Positions 30,261 through 40,166 of a stretch of DNA of 64,000 nt are shown piece by piece. Each line of letters starts with the position of its first letter. The stretch's first letter is position 1. The notes under the pieces were generated by a model. That model saw only the letters and a list, made by a program, of their open reading frames with translations, searched no databases and was not told the DNA's origin. Origin of the DNA: Bacilli bacterium. GTDB taxonomy: Bacteria; Bacillota_I; Bacilli_A; RF39; UBA660. Position numbers and translations under genes: made by a program. The DNA is taken from positions 6,067 through 70,066 of the forward strand of contig JAFUTO010000032.1 in the NCBI GenBank assembly GCA_017484205.1. Direction: 5' to 3'.

Positions 30261-31493
30261 TTATTTAAAACTTGCCACAAAATATTTTTTCTTACCTCTT
30301 CTAATTATTATAACTTTATTATCTAAAGCTATATCCTTTGTAATCATCATATTTTCATCTGTAACTATATCACCATTAATACTAATTGCATTATTAGATA
30401 AAAATTCTCTAGCTTCTCTTCTACTTGATGCAACTCCATTATTAACTAACAAATCTATTAATGAACACTTTTCTATATCAAAATGCGGAACATCTTTTAA
30501 CCCAATTAATAAATCTTTAACATCTATATCTTTAATATTTCCACTGAATAAATTTTCAGATATACGTAAAGCATTCTCATATTCTTCTTCTCCATGAAGA
30601 TGAGTTATAATTTCACGAGCTAATGTCTTATGAGCTTCTCTAAGTTCTGGATGTTCATTATGTCTTGCTTCAATGGCTTCTATTTCTTCCCTTGATAAGA
30701 AGGTTAATTTCTTTAGATAATCAATAATCATTGAATCTTCTAGGTTAATTAAATATTGGTATAATTCATAACTAGAAGTTTTATTTTTATCTAACCATAA
30801 AGCATTTCCCTCTGTTTTTCCAAACTTTTTACCTGTTGAATCAGTTACTAAAGGCATAACCATACCATACGCTTCTTTATCAAGTTTCTTTCTAATAAGT
30901 TCAATACCTGAAGTAATATTACCCCATTGATCAGAGCCCGCGAATTGCAATGTTACTCCTCTAGTTTCATATAGGTGTAAGAAATCTAAAGCTTGTAATA
31001 TCATATATGAAAATTCTGCAAAAGTAATACCTGAATCCATTCTTGATTTTACTTTATCTTTTGCAAGCATATAATTAACATTAAAATACTTTCCATAGTC
31101 TCTTAAAAAATCAATAACATTTATATCTTTCGTCCAATCCCAGTTATTAACAACTTCAAAACCAAATATTTTTTCTGCTTGAGCTTTTAATCCTTTAAAG
31201 TTATGCTCTACTTCTTCTTTTGTAATCATTGGTCTTTCTGCATCAGGTTTAGGATCTCCAATAAGTCCTGTGGCTCCACCTACTAATAAAATAGGATGAT
31301 GACCATGATCTGCTAATCTTTTTGATATTAAGAAAGATGAGTAATGACCTATGTGCATTGAATCTGCAGTAGGATCTGTTCCTATATAACAGTTTATCCC
31401 ACCCTCATTTAGTTTGTCAATTAAATCTGGACTACTTATATCTTGTATTAATCCACGCCATTTAAGTTCTTCATAAAATGTCATTTTTTCCAT
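30261..31493 (-). CDS. tyrS: tyrosyl-tRNA synthetase
   Basis: HIGH-type motif (HIGHY), KFGKT (KMSKS-type), C-terminal S4 domain. Confidence 0.9.
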   Translation of the reverse strand: MEKMTFYEELKWRGLIQDISSPDLIDKLNEGGINCYIGTDPTADSMHIGHYSSFLISKRLADHGHHPILLVGGATGLIGDPKPDAERPMITKEEVEHNFKGLKAQAEKIFGFEVVNNWDWTKDINVIDFLRDYGKYFNVNYMLAKDKVKSRMDSGITFAEFSYMILQALDFLHLYETRGVTLQFAGSDQWGNITSGIELIRKKLDKEAYGMVMPLVTDSTGKKFGKTEGNALWLDKNKTSSYELYQYLINLEDSMIIDYLKKLTFLSREEIEAIEARHNEHPELREAHKTLAREIITHLHGEEEYENALRISENLFSGNIKDIDVKDLLIGLKDVPHFDIEKCSLIDLLVNNGVASSRREAREFLSNNAISINGDIVTDENMMITKDIALDNKVIIIRRGKKKYFVASFK

Positions 31494-31494
31494 A

Positions 31495-32130
31495 TTATTC
31501 CTCCATCATCTTAACTGCATTACTAGTACCAATTCTTGTAACGCCTAATTTAATATATTTTTCAGCATCTGCTTTAGTTTTAATACCACCAGATGCTTTT
31601 ACTTCTAATACTTCATTTTTATGCTCATTTATTATTTTTATGTCTTCTATACTTGCTCCTCTTGAACCATATCCTGTACTAGTTTTTATGAAATTTACAA
31701 ATGTTTCATTACATATCTCAGTCATTTTAATTATTTCATCATCACTCAAATAACATGTTTCAATAATTACTTTTAATACTTTACCATCTAAAACATTTCT
31801 AACTTCTTCTATTTCTCTTTTAACATAATCATATTCCTTATCTTTTAAAGCGCCTATATTTATGACCATATCAATTTCATCTGCGCCATTTTCCAATGCC
31901 TCAACTGCTTCATATACTTTAACATTAGTTGTATTTGCGCCTAAAGGAAAGCCTATTACAGTACATACTTCTACAGTACTATCTTCAAGTAATGATTTAG
32001 CAAGTGGAACATAATAAGGATTTACACATACTGAAGCAAAATGATATTTCATTGCATCTTCACATAATTTAGTAATATCATCGATAGTTGCATCACTTCT
32101 AAGTAATGTTGAATCTATATATTCATTCAT
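31495..32130 (-). CDS. deoC: deoxyribose-phosphate aldolase
   Basis: IDSTLL...VCVNP...GFPLGA...EIDMVINIG...VKASGGI motifs. 1-nt gap to tyrS. Confidence 0.85.
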   Translation of the reverse strand: MNEYIDSTLLRSDATIDDITKLCEDAMKYHFASVCVNPYYVPLAKSLLEDSTVEVCTVIGFPLGANTTNVKVYEAVEALENGADEIDMVINIGALKDKEYDYVKREIEEVRNVLDGKVLKVIIETCYLSDDEIIKMTEICNETFVNFIKTSTGYGSRGASIEDIKIINEHKNEVLEVKASGGIKTKADAEKYIKLGVTRIGTSNAVKMMEE

Positions 32131-32343
32131 AATAACCTCCTAATAATAAAAAAATACCTATAATGTAAGGACGAAAACCGTGGTACCACCTTACTTCATA
32201 GATATCTATGCTCTTAATTCCTTAACGCGGGATAACGATTTAACTCCAAATACGTATTTTCATTTATTATCTTGGATAGTTTTCATCTACCACTATCTTT
32301 CTAATTACCAATAATAAACTACTATTATTTTTCTTCATCAATT
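32131..32343 (-). promoter_or_regulatory. T-box-like leader (candidate Tyr-responsive) upstream of deoC-tyrS
   Basis: Minus strand has AAGTAAGGTGGTACCACGG (32178-32196), a 16/19 match to the T-box consensus including UGGU (tRNA-Tyr discriminator A). Candidate UAC specifier in GAAAAUACGUAU. GTAAGG...CCTTAC helix then U-run and SD AGGAGG. Confidence 0.4.
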
Positions 32344-32349
32344 AATGAT

Positions 32350-32378
32350 ATATTAACATACTTTTATGTTTTTTTCAA
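32350..32378 (-). promoter_or_regulatory. sigma-A promoter TTGAAA-N17-TAATAT for the T-box leader
   Basis: Minus strand reads atatTGAAAaaaacataaaagtatgtTAATATatc. Confidence 0.4.
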
Positions 32379-32379
32379 T

Positions 32380-32600
32380 ATTTATTTACATGAACATCGT
32401 TTCATGTTACAATTATCCTTATCCTATCGATAGCATTATTGCTGTTGTTAGTCTAAGAAATAGCACCTGACTTCTAGACAGGTGCTACCACACATAGGTG
32501 AGTACCCAACTAGGCCAAGTCGAGTATCTCCTTTTTATTTTATGCAAATTCTTGCATCTACATACATTATATACTAAATATGTCGTATAGTCAATCAATC
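32380..32600. repeat. internally deleted second copy of the 17600-17935 element (promoter hairpin plus sRNA region; no intact peptide ORF)
   Basis: Aligns with copy A over TTTACA-hairpin-TA(T/C)AAT and over the whole sRNA region. Hairpins carry compensatory substitutions. Only an ATG-less hydrophobic remnant (SFHVTIILILSIALLLLLV*, 32394-32456). Confidence 0.55.
32452..32559 (-). ncRNA. second copy of the candidate sRNA (orphan antitoxin-like)
   Basis: Promoter TTGACT(32589-32594)-N17-TATAAT(32566-32571) on the minus strand. Terminator hairpin AGCACCTG-acttctaga-CAGGTGCT (32462-32486). Confidence 0.35.
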
Positions 32601-32936
32601 TTCATTATGTATTTCTTCAATTATTTTTTCAATTTTATTTCCATACTCAATTGATTCATCATAAACAAATTCTAAGTCTGGAATGTTTCTAATATCCATT
32701 CTTTCCTTTAATTCATTCCTAATAAAACCTTTAGCATTATTTAACGCTTTTAAAGTATCATTAATATACTCTTTATTTAGTACTGTTACATATATTTTTG
32801 CATATGATAAATCATTAGTTACCTTTGCATCTGTGACAGTAACGAATTTAACATTAGGATCTTTTACCTCTGTCATTAATATATAACTAATTTCTTTAAC
32901 CATATTACTTGCTATTCTATCTATTTTAATACTCAT
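32595..32936 (-). CDS. rbfA: ribosome-binding factor A
   Basis: RbfA KH-like fold sequence (...VKEISYILMTEVKDP...VTVTDAKVTNDLSYAKIYV...). Confidence 0.85.
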   Translation of the reverse strand: MSIKIDRIASNMVKEISYILMTEVKDPNVKFVTVTDAKVTNDLSYAKIYVTVLNKEYINDTLKALNNAKGFIRNELKERMDIRNIPDLEFVYDESIEYGNKIEKIIEEIHNED

Positions 32937-32987
32937 AGTATCACCTACAACTTATTTTATCACATAAATAAATAAAAAGATAGTTGA

Positions 32988-33578
32988 CTATCTTTTCTTC
33001 ACTTTTTCTAAGTAACTTACACCATGTTCAAAATCATAAAAATCATTTTCAGTTTTTGCATATGGATATAAATTATAAGTTATATTCTTTTTCATATCTT
33101 CTAATGTTGTTGCTAAATTGTTTTTACCGATTTCAACTAATTCGTTTATGTCACTTATTATTTTTTCCTCATTACCTTTATTAGCCATAAATTTTACTAT
33201 AAATGCATCATCTATTTCTTCAGCTCCTGATACAGCTAAATTAGTCATACAATTAAGACTATTTTTAATATCATTATAGTTATCAATAGTTATAGCATCA
33301 AATCTAATTACAGGTTCGTCATTTGGTATTTCAGGTCTTACTCTAATAAGTTGGCCAGAATAATACTCCAAAAATGTATAACCTGGACTATCTTTTGATA
33401 CACATTTTAAAAGCAATCTAGTCCTTTCAACATTTTCACCTAACATTTCATCTATATCTGCATAATAAATATCTGCTCTACCATCTTCATAAACTAATCC
33501 TGTAGTTATTTTCAAATGATTATATTTTATTCCGTATAATTTACCTACTTCATATTTTCGCATAAAAACCTCCAACAT
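32988..33578 (-). CDS. hypothetical protein (196 aa)
   Basis: ORF only; no recognisable motif. Confidence 0.4.
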   Translation of the reverse strand: MLEVFMRKYEVGKLYGIKYNHLKITTGLVYEDGRADIYYADIDEMLGENVERTRLLLKCVSKDSPGYTFLEYYSGQLIRVRPEIPNDEPVIRFDAITIDNYNDIKNSLNCMTNLAVSGAEEIDDAFIVKFMANKGNEEKIISDINELVEIGKNNLATTLEDMKKNITYNLYPYAKTENDFYDFEHGVSYLEKVKKR

Positions 33579-33595
33579 TGTTAATTATAACACAT

Positions 33596-34690
33596 CTATT
33601 TATAAGTATTCAATATATACTCACTTATTTCTTTTGTATTATTATTTAACTTATTATGTAATATTTGATATTCTATATCTTTTACTATATCTTTAAGATA
33701 TGCATCTGGCTTTCTACCTAAAAGATTAGCTATTTCTATTTGTTTTATATCTATATCATTAGAACTTTTAATAGGTAAATTTAAGTATTGCTTTTCAATT
33801 TCTTTAAAATCCAAACCTTTAATTGTACATATAGTATAAAGATAACCAAATCCATATTTTGCACACATATATAATGTATCTACATCATAAAAATCCATAT
33901 CCTTAAGTTCATTAATTACATTAATATAATTTTTTTCTTCTTTTGTAAAAGGATATTTATCTATAACATCTAATTGGGCCCATATACCTATAGCTTCAGT
34001 AGGTACAATATTTTCTATATTTAATTCTAATGGTTTATCAAGGTTTAAATCCTTAATTAAATCAAATCCATATCTTACATTTTTATTATTAAATATTTTA
34101 TTTAATTCTTCCTTTTTTCTATCATATGATAAATTCTTTAATAAATATCCATATTCTTTTATTGTATCTTTAAGTTCATCATCTATTTTAAAATCTAATT
34201 CTACAGCAAATCTTATAGCCCTAAGTATTCTTAAAGCGTCTTCCATAAGTTTAACTTTAGGATTTCCTACCATTTTAATTATCTTATTATCAATATCCTT
34301 TTTTCCATCTAATAAATCAATAATATTACCTTTACTATCAATACATAATGTATTTATCGTAAAATCTCTTCTTTTTAAATCTTCTTCTAAATCATTTATA
34401 TATTCTATTTCAATTGGTTTTCTATTATTAATATATTTTATTTCTTTTCTAAATGTAGTTATTTCAAATCTTATTTTATCTTTAATAACTGTTACAGAAC
34501 CATAATTTACTTTAGATAACATTGCATCTCCAAAAATATCTTTTAAATCTTTTGGTGTTGCATTAGTACATATATCTATATCTTTACTAGCTCTATTTAA
34601 ATACAAGTCCCTAGGATAGCCACCAACAATATAAGAAGTAAAACCTGAACTATCAATTTCTTTTAATAACTCTAATGCCATATTATACAT
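33596..34690 (-). CDS. cca: CCA-adding tRNA nucleotidyltransferase / polyA polymerase family
   Basis: Head domain GGYPRDLYL...DIDI and RRDFTIN motif. Confidence 0.8.
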   Translation of the reverse strand: MYNMALELLKEIDSSGFTSYIVGGYPRDLYLNRASKDIDICTNATPKDLKDIFGDAMLSKVNYGSVTVIKDKIRFEITTFRKEIKYINNRKPIEIEYINDLEEDLKRRDFTINTLCIDSKGNIIDLLDGKKDIDNKIIKMVGNPKVKLMEDALRILRAIRFAVELDFKIDDELKDTIKEYGYLLKNLSYDRKKEELNKIFNNKNVRYGFDLIKDLNLDKPLELNIENIVPTEAIGIWAQLDVIDKYPFTKEEKNYINVINELKDMDFYDVDTLYMCAKYGFGYLYTICTIKGLDFKEIEKQYLNLPIKSSNDIDIKQIEIANLLGRKPDAYLKDIVKDIEYQILHNKLNNNTKEISEYILNTYK

Positions 34691-34728
34691 AAATCCTCCA
34701 TTCGCAATAAAAAAGAGACCGTAGCCTC

Positions 34729-35001
34729 TTAGTTTAAAGCGTCTTTTAATTTTGATCCAGCTTTAATAGTTACAGCAACTCTTGCAGGAATTTTAACTGG
34801 TTCACCAGTTCTAGGGTTTCTACCAGTTTTAGCAGCTTTTTTCTTAGCAGCGAAAGTAGCGAAACCAGTAATAGTTACTTTACCTTCCTTTTTTAATCCT
34901 TTTTCAACTCCACTGATTAAAGCTTCAACAGCTCTAGAAGCATCAGCTTTAGTTAATCCTGCGTTTTCTGCAACATAAGTTACTAATTCAGTCTTAGACA
35001 T
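34729..35001 (-). CDS. hup: DNA-binding protein HU
   Basis: MSKTELVTYVAE...GFATF...RNPRTGE. ORF track extends the start upstream, but AGGAGG plus ATG at 34999-35001 gives the canonical 90-aa HU. Confidence 0.85.
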   Translation of the reverse strand: MSKTELVTYVAENAGLTKADASRAVEALISGVEKGLKKEGKVTITGFATFAAKKKAAKTGRNPRTGEPVKIPARVAVTIKAGSKLKDALN

Positions 35002-35247
35002 TTTTCTACCTCCTATTGTCTTTCTATTTATTCGCAAGCTATCTTGCTTACAATTAAATATTACCATTATTTTTAAGGTATTGCAATAGTTTTTTGTTAT
35101 TTTTTCTACCATTTATAAGAAAAAATTACCTTTTTAATTATAAAAACTTATTAAAATAATGATAACTTTTTATTACTATTTTGTATATTTTGTAATTATT
35201 TATACAATTTTTAAATAAAACACTAAAAAAAGGAATTAATATTCCTT

Positions 35248-36423
35248 CTAGTCTAAATATAAAATATCAACATCTACTCCATAAGTAATACCGTCTATTT
35301 TACCATTATCAGTTATTTGCCACATTTTATAATCACCTTCATATGTAACTTCTGTATAATATTGAGCAAGCCATACTGGATATGTAGAAGCATTCCATAA
35401 ATTAGTTAAATAATACTTACTACCATATAAAATAGAATCATAACCTTTTTCATTTAATTTGTCCATAAAACGATATGCCAAATTATTAAATTCATATAAA
35501 CTAATATGATATGAATTATAATTTTTAAAATCTTCCCAATCATAAGCAATTGGTAAATCTATATCATATTTTATATTATCAACAATAAAATCTACGGTAT
35601 TGTCTATATCCTCTTGTGTACTAGCTTCACTATAAAAATATAATCCAATTTTTAAACCTGCATTATGAGCTTTTTCGATATTTTCTTCATATTTAGCATC
35701 TAAGCCAAATTCGCCATCTACATGCCACCCTAATCTTATAATTACAAAATCTGCGCCTGCATTTTTAATTTTTTCAAAATCTATATTACCTTGATATCTA
35801 GAGACATCTATACCAACTAATGTTTTATCTGTCTTATGAGCTGAGTATATCTCTTCAAATTGTATATAATTTGGTGTTGTTGGATATGAATATGTCGTTT
35901 TAGGTTTCTCTATAACATTGTATACAAAATCTTTTGAAGCACTATTTCCTGATTCATCAGTAGCAACATATTTTAATGCATAACTACCCAATGTATTTAT
36001 ATCATAGTCTCCTTCAACTATACATTCTACATAATTTGATACATAATCAGCACATATGACACCATTAAGCAAATTTATTTCCTCTCCAATATATCCCGTT
36101 ACTGAAGCATTAGAAAGAATGATAGGATCTGTTTCATCAACAACATTTACTTTAATAGTATAACTTCTTTCCTTATCATATGTATCTAAATATGATAATG
36201 TTACTTCTTTTTCGCCTAATTCATAGAATGTTACATACTTATCTTCAAATGATCCATTTGATTCAACAATTAAATCTTTCAAATTAAATTCTTGTCCAAA
36301 TTCAACATTTAAATTATCAGTTAATGTGACTTCTAATTTAAATCTATATATAAAATAAAGTGAAATTCCTACTCCTACTAATAATATAGCTAATAAAGCA
36401 ATTATTATTCCCTTTTTTTCCAT
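35248..36423 (-). CDS. membrane-anchored GH25-family muramidase (lysozyme)
   Basis: N-terminal TM, beta-rich linker domains, C-terminal GIDVSRYQGNIDFEKIKNAGADFVIIRLGW... typical of Glyco_hydro_25. Confidence 0.65.
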   Translation of the reverse strand: MEKKGIIIALLAILLVGVGISLYFIYRFKLEVTLTDNLNVEFGQEFNLKDLIVESNGSFEDKYVTFYELGEKEVTLSYLDTYDKERSYTIKVNVVDETDPIILSNASVTGYIGEEINLLNGVICADYVSNYVECIVEGDYDINTLGSYALKYVATDESGNSASKDFVYNVIEKPKTTYSYPTTPNYIQFEEIYSAHKTDKTLVGIDVSRYQGNIDFEKIKNAGADFVIIRLGWHVDGEFGLDAKYEENIEKAHNAGLKIGLYFYSEASTQEDIDNTVDFIVDNIKYDIDLPIAYDWEDFKNYNSYHISLYEFNNLAYRFMDKLNEKGYDSILYGSKYYLTNLWNASTYPVWLAQYYTEVTYEGDYKMWQITDNGKIDGITYGVDVDILYLD

Positions 36424-36444
36424 GATACCTCCTACTACATTATA

Positions 36445-36783
36445 TTATTTCCTAATAATTATATGTTTAAAATATTGTTCTTGGAATTCTACTAGCGCCT
36501 CTATAGCATCATCACTATATTCTTTACCTTCTGGAACTATTACTAATTTATCGTCATCATCATTAGTTCTATGTATAATAGCAATGCATTTTCCCGTATA
36601 TGTTTCTATTGGTTCAAAAACGCCCAAAACATAGCAATCTAGTTCTTCACCATCACCACTTATAGTATTAGGTATATACCCATAATTGATAGGATATATA
36701 AATCCATGCTTAGGATGTGAAGAACCAAATGGTCTATCTATTTTAACTGTGACTACCTTATTTAAATAATTCTTACTACCCAT
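36445..36783 (-). CDS. short inorganic pyrophosphatase-family protein
   Basis: YPINYGYIPNTISGDGEELDCYVLG...DDKLVIVP aligns with the family I PPase core (YPxNYGYI...DGDPLDVLV...D.KL.AVP). Confidence 0.55.
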   Translation of the reverse strand: MGSKNYLNKVVTVKIDRPFGSSHPKHGFIYPINYGYIPNTISGDGEELDCYVLGVFEPIETYTGKCIAIIHRTNDDDDKLVIVPEGKEYSDDAIEALVEFQEQYFKHIIIRK

Positions 36784-36835
36784 AACCCCCCTAATTACAT
36801 ATAGTATAACATTTTTTTAAAATATTTTATATAAT

Positions 36836-36863
36836 TTTAAGAAAAAAGAGTTTTAATACTCTT
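36836..36863 (-). terminator. intrinsic terminator of mgtE
   Basis: AAGAGT-tttaat-ACTCTT hairpin overlapping the stop codon, U-run on the minus strand. Confidence 0.55.
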
Positions 36864-38199
36864 ATATTCCTAATAACAAACTTGCCATTCTAAAATAAAT
36901 TAATAAAGAACAAGCATCGACTAATGTTGTAATAAATGGACTAGCCATAACTGCAGGGTCAAATCCTAATCTTTTAGCTAGTATAGGAAGTGAACTCCCT
37001 ATTAACTTAGCAACTAATACGGTTATAACTAAAGTAATACATACAACTAAGGCGATGGTAAAACCTACACCATCAAACAATATAAGTTTAACAAAGTTAG
37101 CTATAGCTAAAGTAACTCCGCATAAAATCGATACTCTTAACTCTTTCCATAATACTTTCAATGTATCTTTATACTCTACTTCTTCTAATGATAAACTACG
37201 AATAATAGATACACTAGCCTGACTACCTGCATTTCCACCTGTATCCATAAGCATTGGTATAAATGCTGTTAAAACTACATATGTAGCTAATGCTTCTTCA
37301 AAATGAGAAATAATACTTCCTGTAAAAGTAGCAGAAATCATAAGTAATAATAGCCAAGGTATTCTCTTTTTCCAAGTCTCAATAACACCTGTTTTCATAT
37401 ATGGTTTATCACTTGGAGTAATAGCTGCCATTTTTTCCATATCTTCTGTTGCTTCTTCCTCAATAATATCTACAACATCATCGATAGTAATAATACCTAC
37501 TAATCTATTTTCAGAATCTACAACTGGTAATGTACTATAATCATAATCTTGAAAGATATTCGCAACCTCTTCTTGATCCATTAAAGTAGTTAAAACATGA
37601 TCACATTCTTGCATAATATCATCAATCATAGTATCCATAGGATTAATAAGTAAATCTTTTACATCAACTATTCCTAATAGTTTTCTAGAATTATCTGTAA
37701 CAAAACATGAATCGTATGATACAAAATCATCTTTTTGTTTTCTTATTCTATCAATTGATTCTTTAATAGTTAATCCTTTTTTCAAATGTATATATTCCAT
37801 AGCCATTAAAGAACCTGCTGAATTATCAGGATATTTTAATAATTTATTAATAGATGACCTAGTTTCTTTTGATACATTACTCAAAAGTTTAGTGACCATA
37901 GAAGCTGGCATTTCATCAAGTAAATCTGCTGCATCATCTGTATACATATCTTCAATAATATCTGCAGCTTCATTTTTAGTTAATGAAGTAATAAGGTTTA
38001 CTTGAACATCTTCCTCCATATTAGCAAAAACATCAGATGCCATATCTTTAGGGAGTAATCTAAATGCTTTAACAAGTAACTCTTCTGGTAAATCTTCTAT
38101 CAGCGAGGCAATATCATATTCATTCATATCTTTTAATATTTTTTTAACTTCTGTTAATTTTCTATTAACTAATAATTCTTTTATTTCTTCAAATTCCAT
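36862..38199 (-). CDS. mgtE: magnesium transporter MgtE
   Basis: N-domain, tandem CBS domains and 5-TM C-terminal domain with ...MDTGGNAGSQ... motif. Confidence 0.85.
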   Translation of the reverse strand: MEFEEIKELLVNRKLTEVKKILKDMNEYDIASLIEDLPEELLVKAFRLLPKDMASDVFANMEEDVQVNLITSLTKNEAADIIEDMYTDDAADLLDEMPASMVTKLLSNVSKETRSSINKLLKYPDNSAGSLMAMEYIHLKKGLTIKESIDRIRKQKDDFVSYDSCFVTDNSRKLLGIVDVKDLLINPMDTMIDDIMQECDHVLTTLMDQEEVANIFQDYDYSTLPVVDSENRLVGIITIDDVVDIIEEEATEDMEKMAAITPSDKPYMKTGVIETWKKRIPWLLLLMISATFTGSIISHFEEALATYVVLTAFIPMLMDTGGNAGSQASVSIIRSLSLEEVEYKDTLKVLWKELRVSILCGVTLAIANFVKLILFDGVGFTIALVVCITLVITVLVAKLIGSSLPILAKRLGFDPAVMASPFITTLVDACSLLIYFRMASLLLGI

Positions 38200-38231
38200 G
38201 ATATCACTCCCTTTTCTATCTAAATTTTACC

Positions 38232-38257
38232 ACAAAAAAAAGAGTATTTCTACTCTT
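38232..38257 (-). terminator. intrinsic terminator of spoIVA
   Basis: AAGAGTA-tttc-TACTCTT hairpin plus U8 on the minus strand. Confidence 0.6.
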
Positions 38258-39731
38258 ATATTACAATAGCAAATAGATTACCATTTCCTTTATTAACTAA
38301 TTTAGATAAAGTTTGTTGTAATTTAAATCTTACATTTTCTGGCATAAGTGATAATTTAGCTTGAATTCCTTCTTTTACAATTACATCTAAACTTCTACCA
38401 AAGATTTCACTTTTCCATATACTATCTGGATCTGTCTCACTATCTCTTTGAATGTAATCAATAAGTTCTTTACTTTGAATTTCAGAACCGATAATTGGTT
38501 CAAATGTTGATTCTACATCTACTCTTATCATATGTATAGAAGGTGCGACTGCCTTAAGTCTAATACCATATCTAGAACCTTGTTTAATTACTTCTGGTGT
38601 ATCTAATTTCATATCAGATAAAGTTGGAGAAGCAACTCCATATCCAGTTGTTTTAACCATTTGTAAAGCATTTTTAATTTGGTCATACTCTGTCTTTGAT
38701 TCATGATAATCTTGGAATAAAGCAAGTAAATCTGCTCTTGTAGATACATTTGTACCTATTACTTCATTTAAAATTTGATCATATAATTCATTTGGTGCTT
38801 CTAGAGTAATTGTAACCTCTCCTGTAGAAGTATCTACATTTGATAGATATGCCCTTGTAATGTACTCATTATTATCAAAGTAAGATGTTATAACATCAAT
38901 ATCTCTTAGTTTATCAATTTCAGTTACTGCTTCTTTTATTTTATCAATATATATTTTCTTTAACCAATTATTTGGAGATAAACATGCAATCCAATCTGGT
39001 ATAGATACATTAACTTCTACTACAGGAAATTCATATAATGCTTCTTTCAATATCGAATACATATCTCTTTCAGACATATCTTCAATACTTATTGGCATTA
39101 CAGGAACATTATATTTATCGTGTAATGATTCTGCTAATCTTTCTGTTTCTGGTAACATAGGATGAGTTGTATTTAATACAATGATAAATGGTTTACCTAT
39201 TTCTTTTAATTCATTTACTATTCTTTCTTCTGCTGGTACATAACTATTTCTTTCTATCTCACCAATAGAACCATCAGTAGTTACTAAAATACCAATTGTA
39301 GAATGATCTTTAATAACTTTTTCAGTGCCTATTTCTGCTGCTTCTATGAATGGTATTTGTTCTTCATACCAAGGTGTTTTTACCATACGTGGGCCATTTT
39401 CATCTTCATATCCTTTAGCACCATCGATGATATAACCTACACAGTCAACTAATCTTACTTTAGAAGTAAAATCATCTATATTTATTGTAGCTGCATTACT
39501 AGGAACAAATTTAGGTTCAGTTGTCATTATCATTCTTCCTTGAGCTGATTGAGGTATTTCATCTAAACATCTTTTTTTCTCATATTCATCTTCGATATTA
39601 GGGACAACTAAAGTTTCAATTACTTTTTTTATAAAAGTACTTTTGCCAGTTCTAACTGCTCCTACTACTCCTAGATATACTTCTCCTCCTGTTCTTGCCG
39701 ATATATTTTTAATTATTTCTATTTTATCCAT
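38256..39731 (-). CDS. spoIVA: stage IV sporulation protein A
   Basis: N-terminal Walker A GVVGAVRTGKSTFIKK and full-length collinearity with the SpoIVA family. Confidence 0.9.
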   Translation of the reverse strand: MDKIEIIKNISARTGGEVYLGVVGAVRTGKSTFIKKVIETLVVPNIEDEYEKKRCLDEIPQSAQGRMIMTTEPKFVPSNAATINIDDFTSKVRLVDCVGYIIDGAKGYEDENGPRMVKTPWYEEQIPFIEAAEIGTEKVIKDHSTIGILVTTDGSIGEIERNSYVPAEERIVNELKEIGKPFIIVLNTTHPMLPETERLAESLHDKYNVPVMPISIEDMSERDMYSILKEALYEFPVVEVNVSIPDWIACLSPNNWLKKIYIDKIKEAVTEIDKLRDIDVITSYFDNNEYITRAYLSNVDTSTGEVTITLEAPNELYDQILNEVIGTNVSTRADLLALFQDYHESKTEYDQIKNALQMVKTTGYGVASPTLSDMKLDTPEVIKQGSRYGIRLKAVAPSIHMIRVDVESTFEPIIGSEIQSKELIDYIQRDSETDPDSIWKSEIFGRSLDVIVKEGIQAKLSLMPENVRFKLQQTLSKLVNKGNGNLFAIVI

Positions 39732-39797
39732 CTAATCCCTACTTTCTTACACTAAACTATATGATTAATTATTTTTTATATTACAAAAAAAAGATAA

Positions 39798-40085
39798 TTA
39801 GTTATTATCTTTCGGTTGATACTCTTCTGGAATTGGCATCACAAGTGAGTTAGACAAAGACGCGAATGTATCAGCTGACTGAATAAATGGTTCTATAGTA
39901 CCTCCTTCTTTATCTATTGTAATAGGTGTTGCACCTACATTTATACATTCCTGTCTTGGAAAGAAAAGCCATTTTTCTTTCAAATCCCTAGCGCCAGTTA
40001 ATCCCTTTGGATAGCCCTGTCCATAATAATAATCATTAGCTTTTTTACAAGCTTCTTCAAAATTTACATATTCATAATATACCAT
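39798..40085 (-). CDS. hypothetical protein (95 aa)
   Basis: ORF followed by an intrinsic terminator that overlaps its stop. Confidence 0.35.
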   Translation of the reverse strand: MVYYEYVNFEEACKKANDYYYGQGYPKGLTGARDLKEKWLFFPRQECINVGATPITIDKEGGTIEPFIQSADTFASLSNSLVMPIPEEYQPKDNN

Positions 40086-40166
40086 AATATTAATATATCA
40101 TATATTTATATAAAATAAACATTTATATCATTTAATTTTACAATTATATACAAAAAAAGATATAAA

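Noticed and set aside
35248-36423. GH25 lysin as a prophage marker
   Set aside because: There are no neighbouring phage structural, integrase or holin genes. The protein has an N-terminal membrane anchor, so it is more likely a housekeeping or sporulation-related muramidase.
36783-36791. C6/G6 run at the RBS of the pyrophosphatase-like gene as a second phase-variation site
   Set aside because: Six nucleotides is too short for appreciable slippage. It simply forms the SD (AGGGGGG).
38200-38255. Possible M-box (ykoK) Mg riboswitch upstream of mgtE
   Set aside because: Only 56 nt separate mgtE from spoIVA, and this gap is occupied by the spoIVA terminator. There is no room for, and no conserved blocks of, an M-box.
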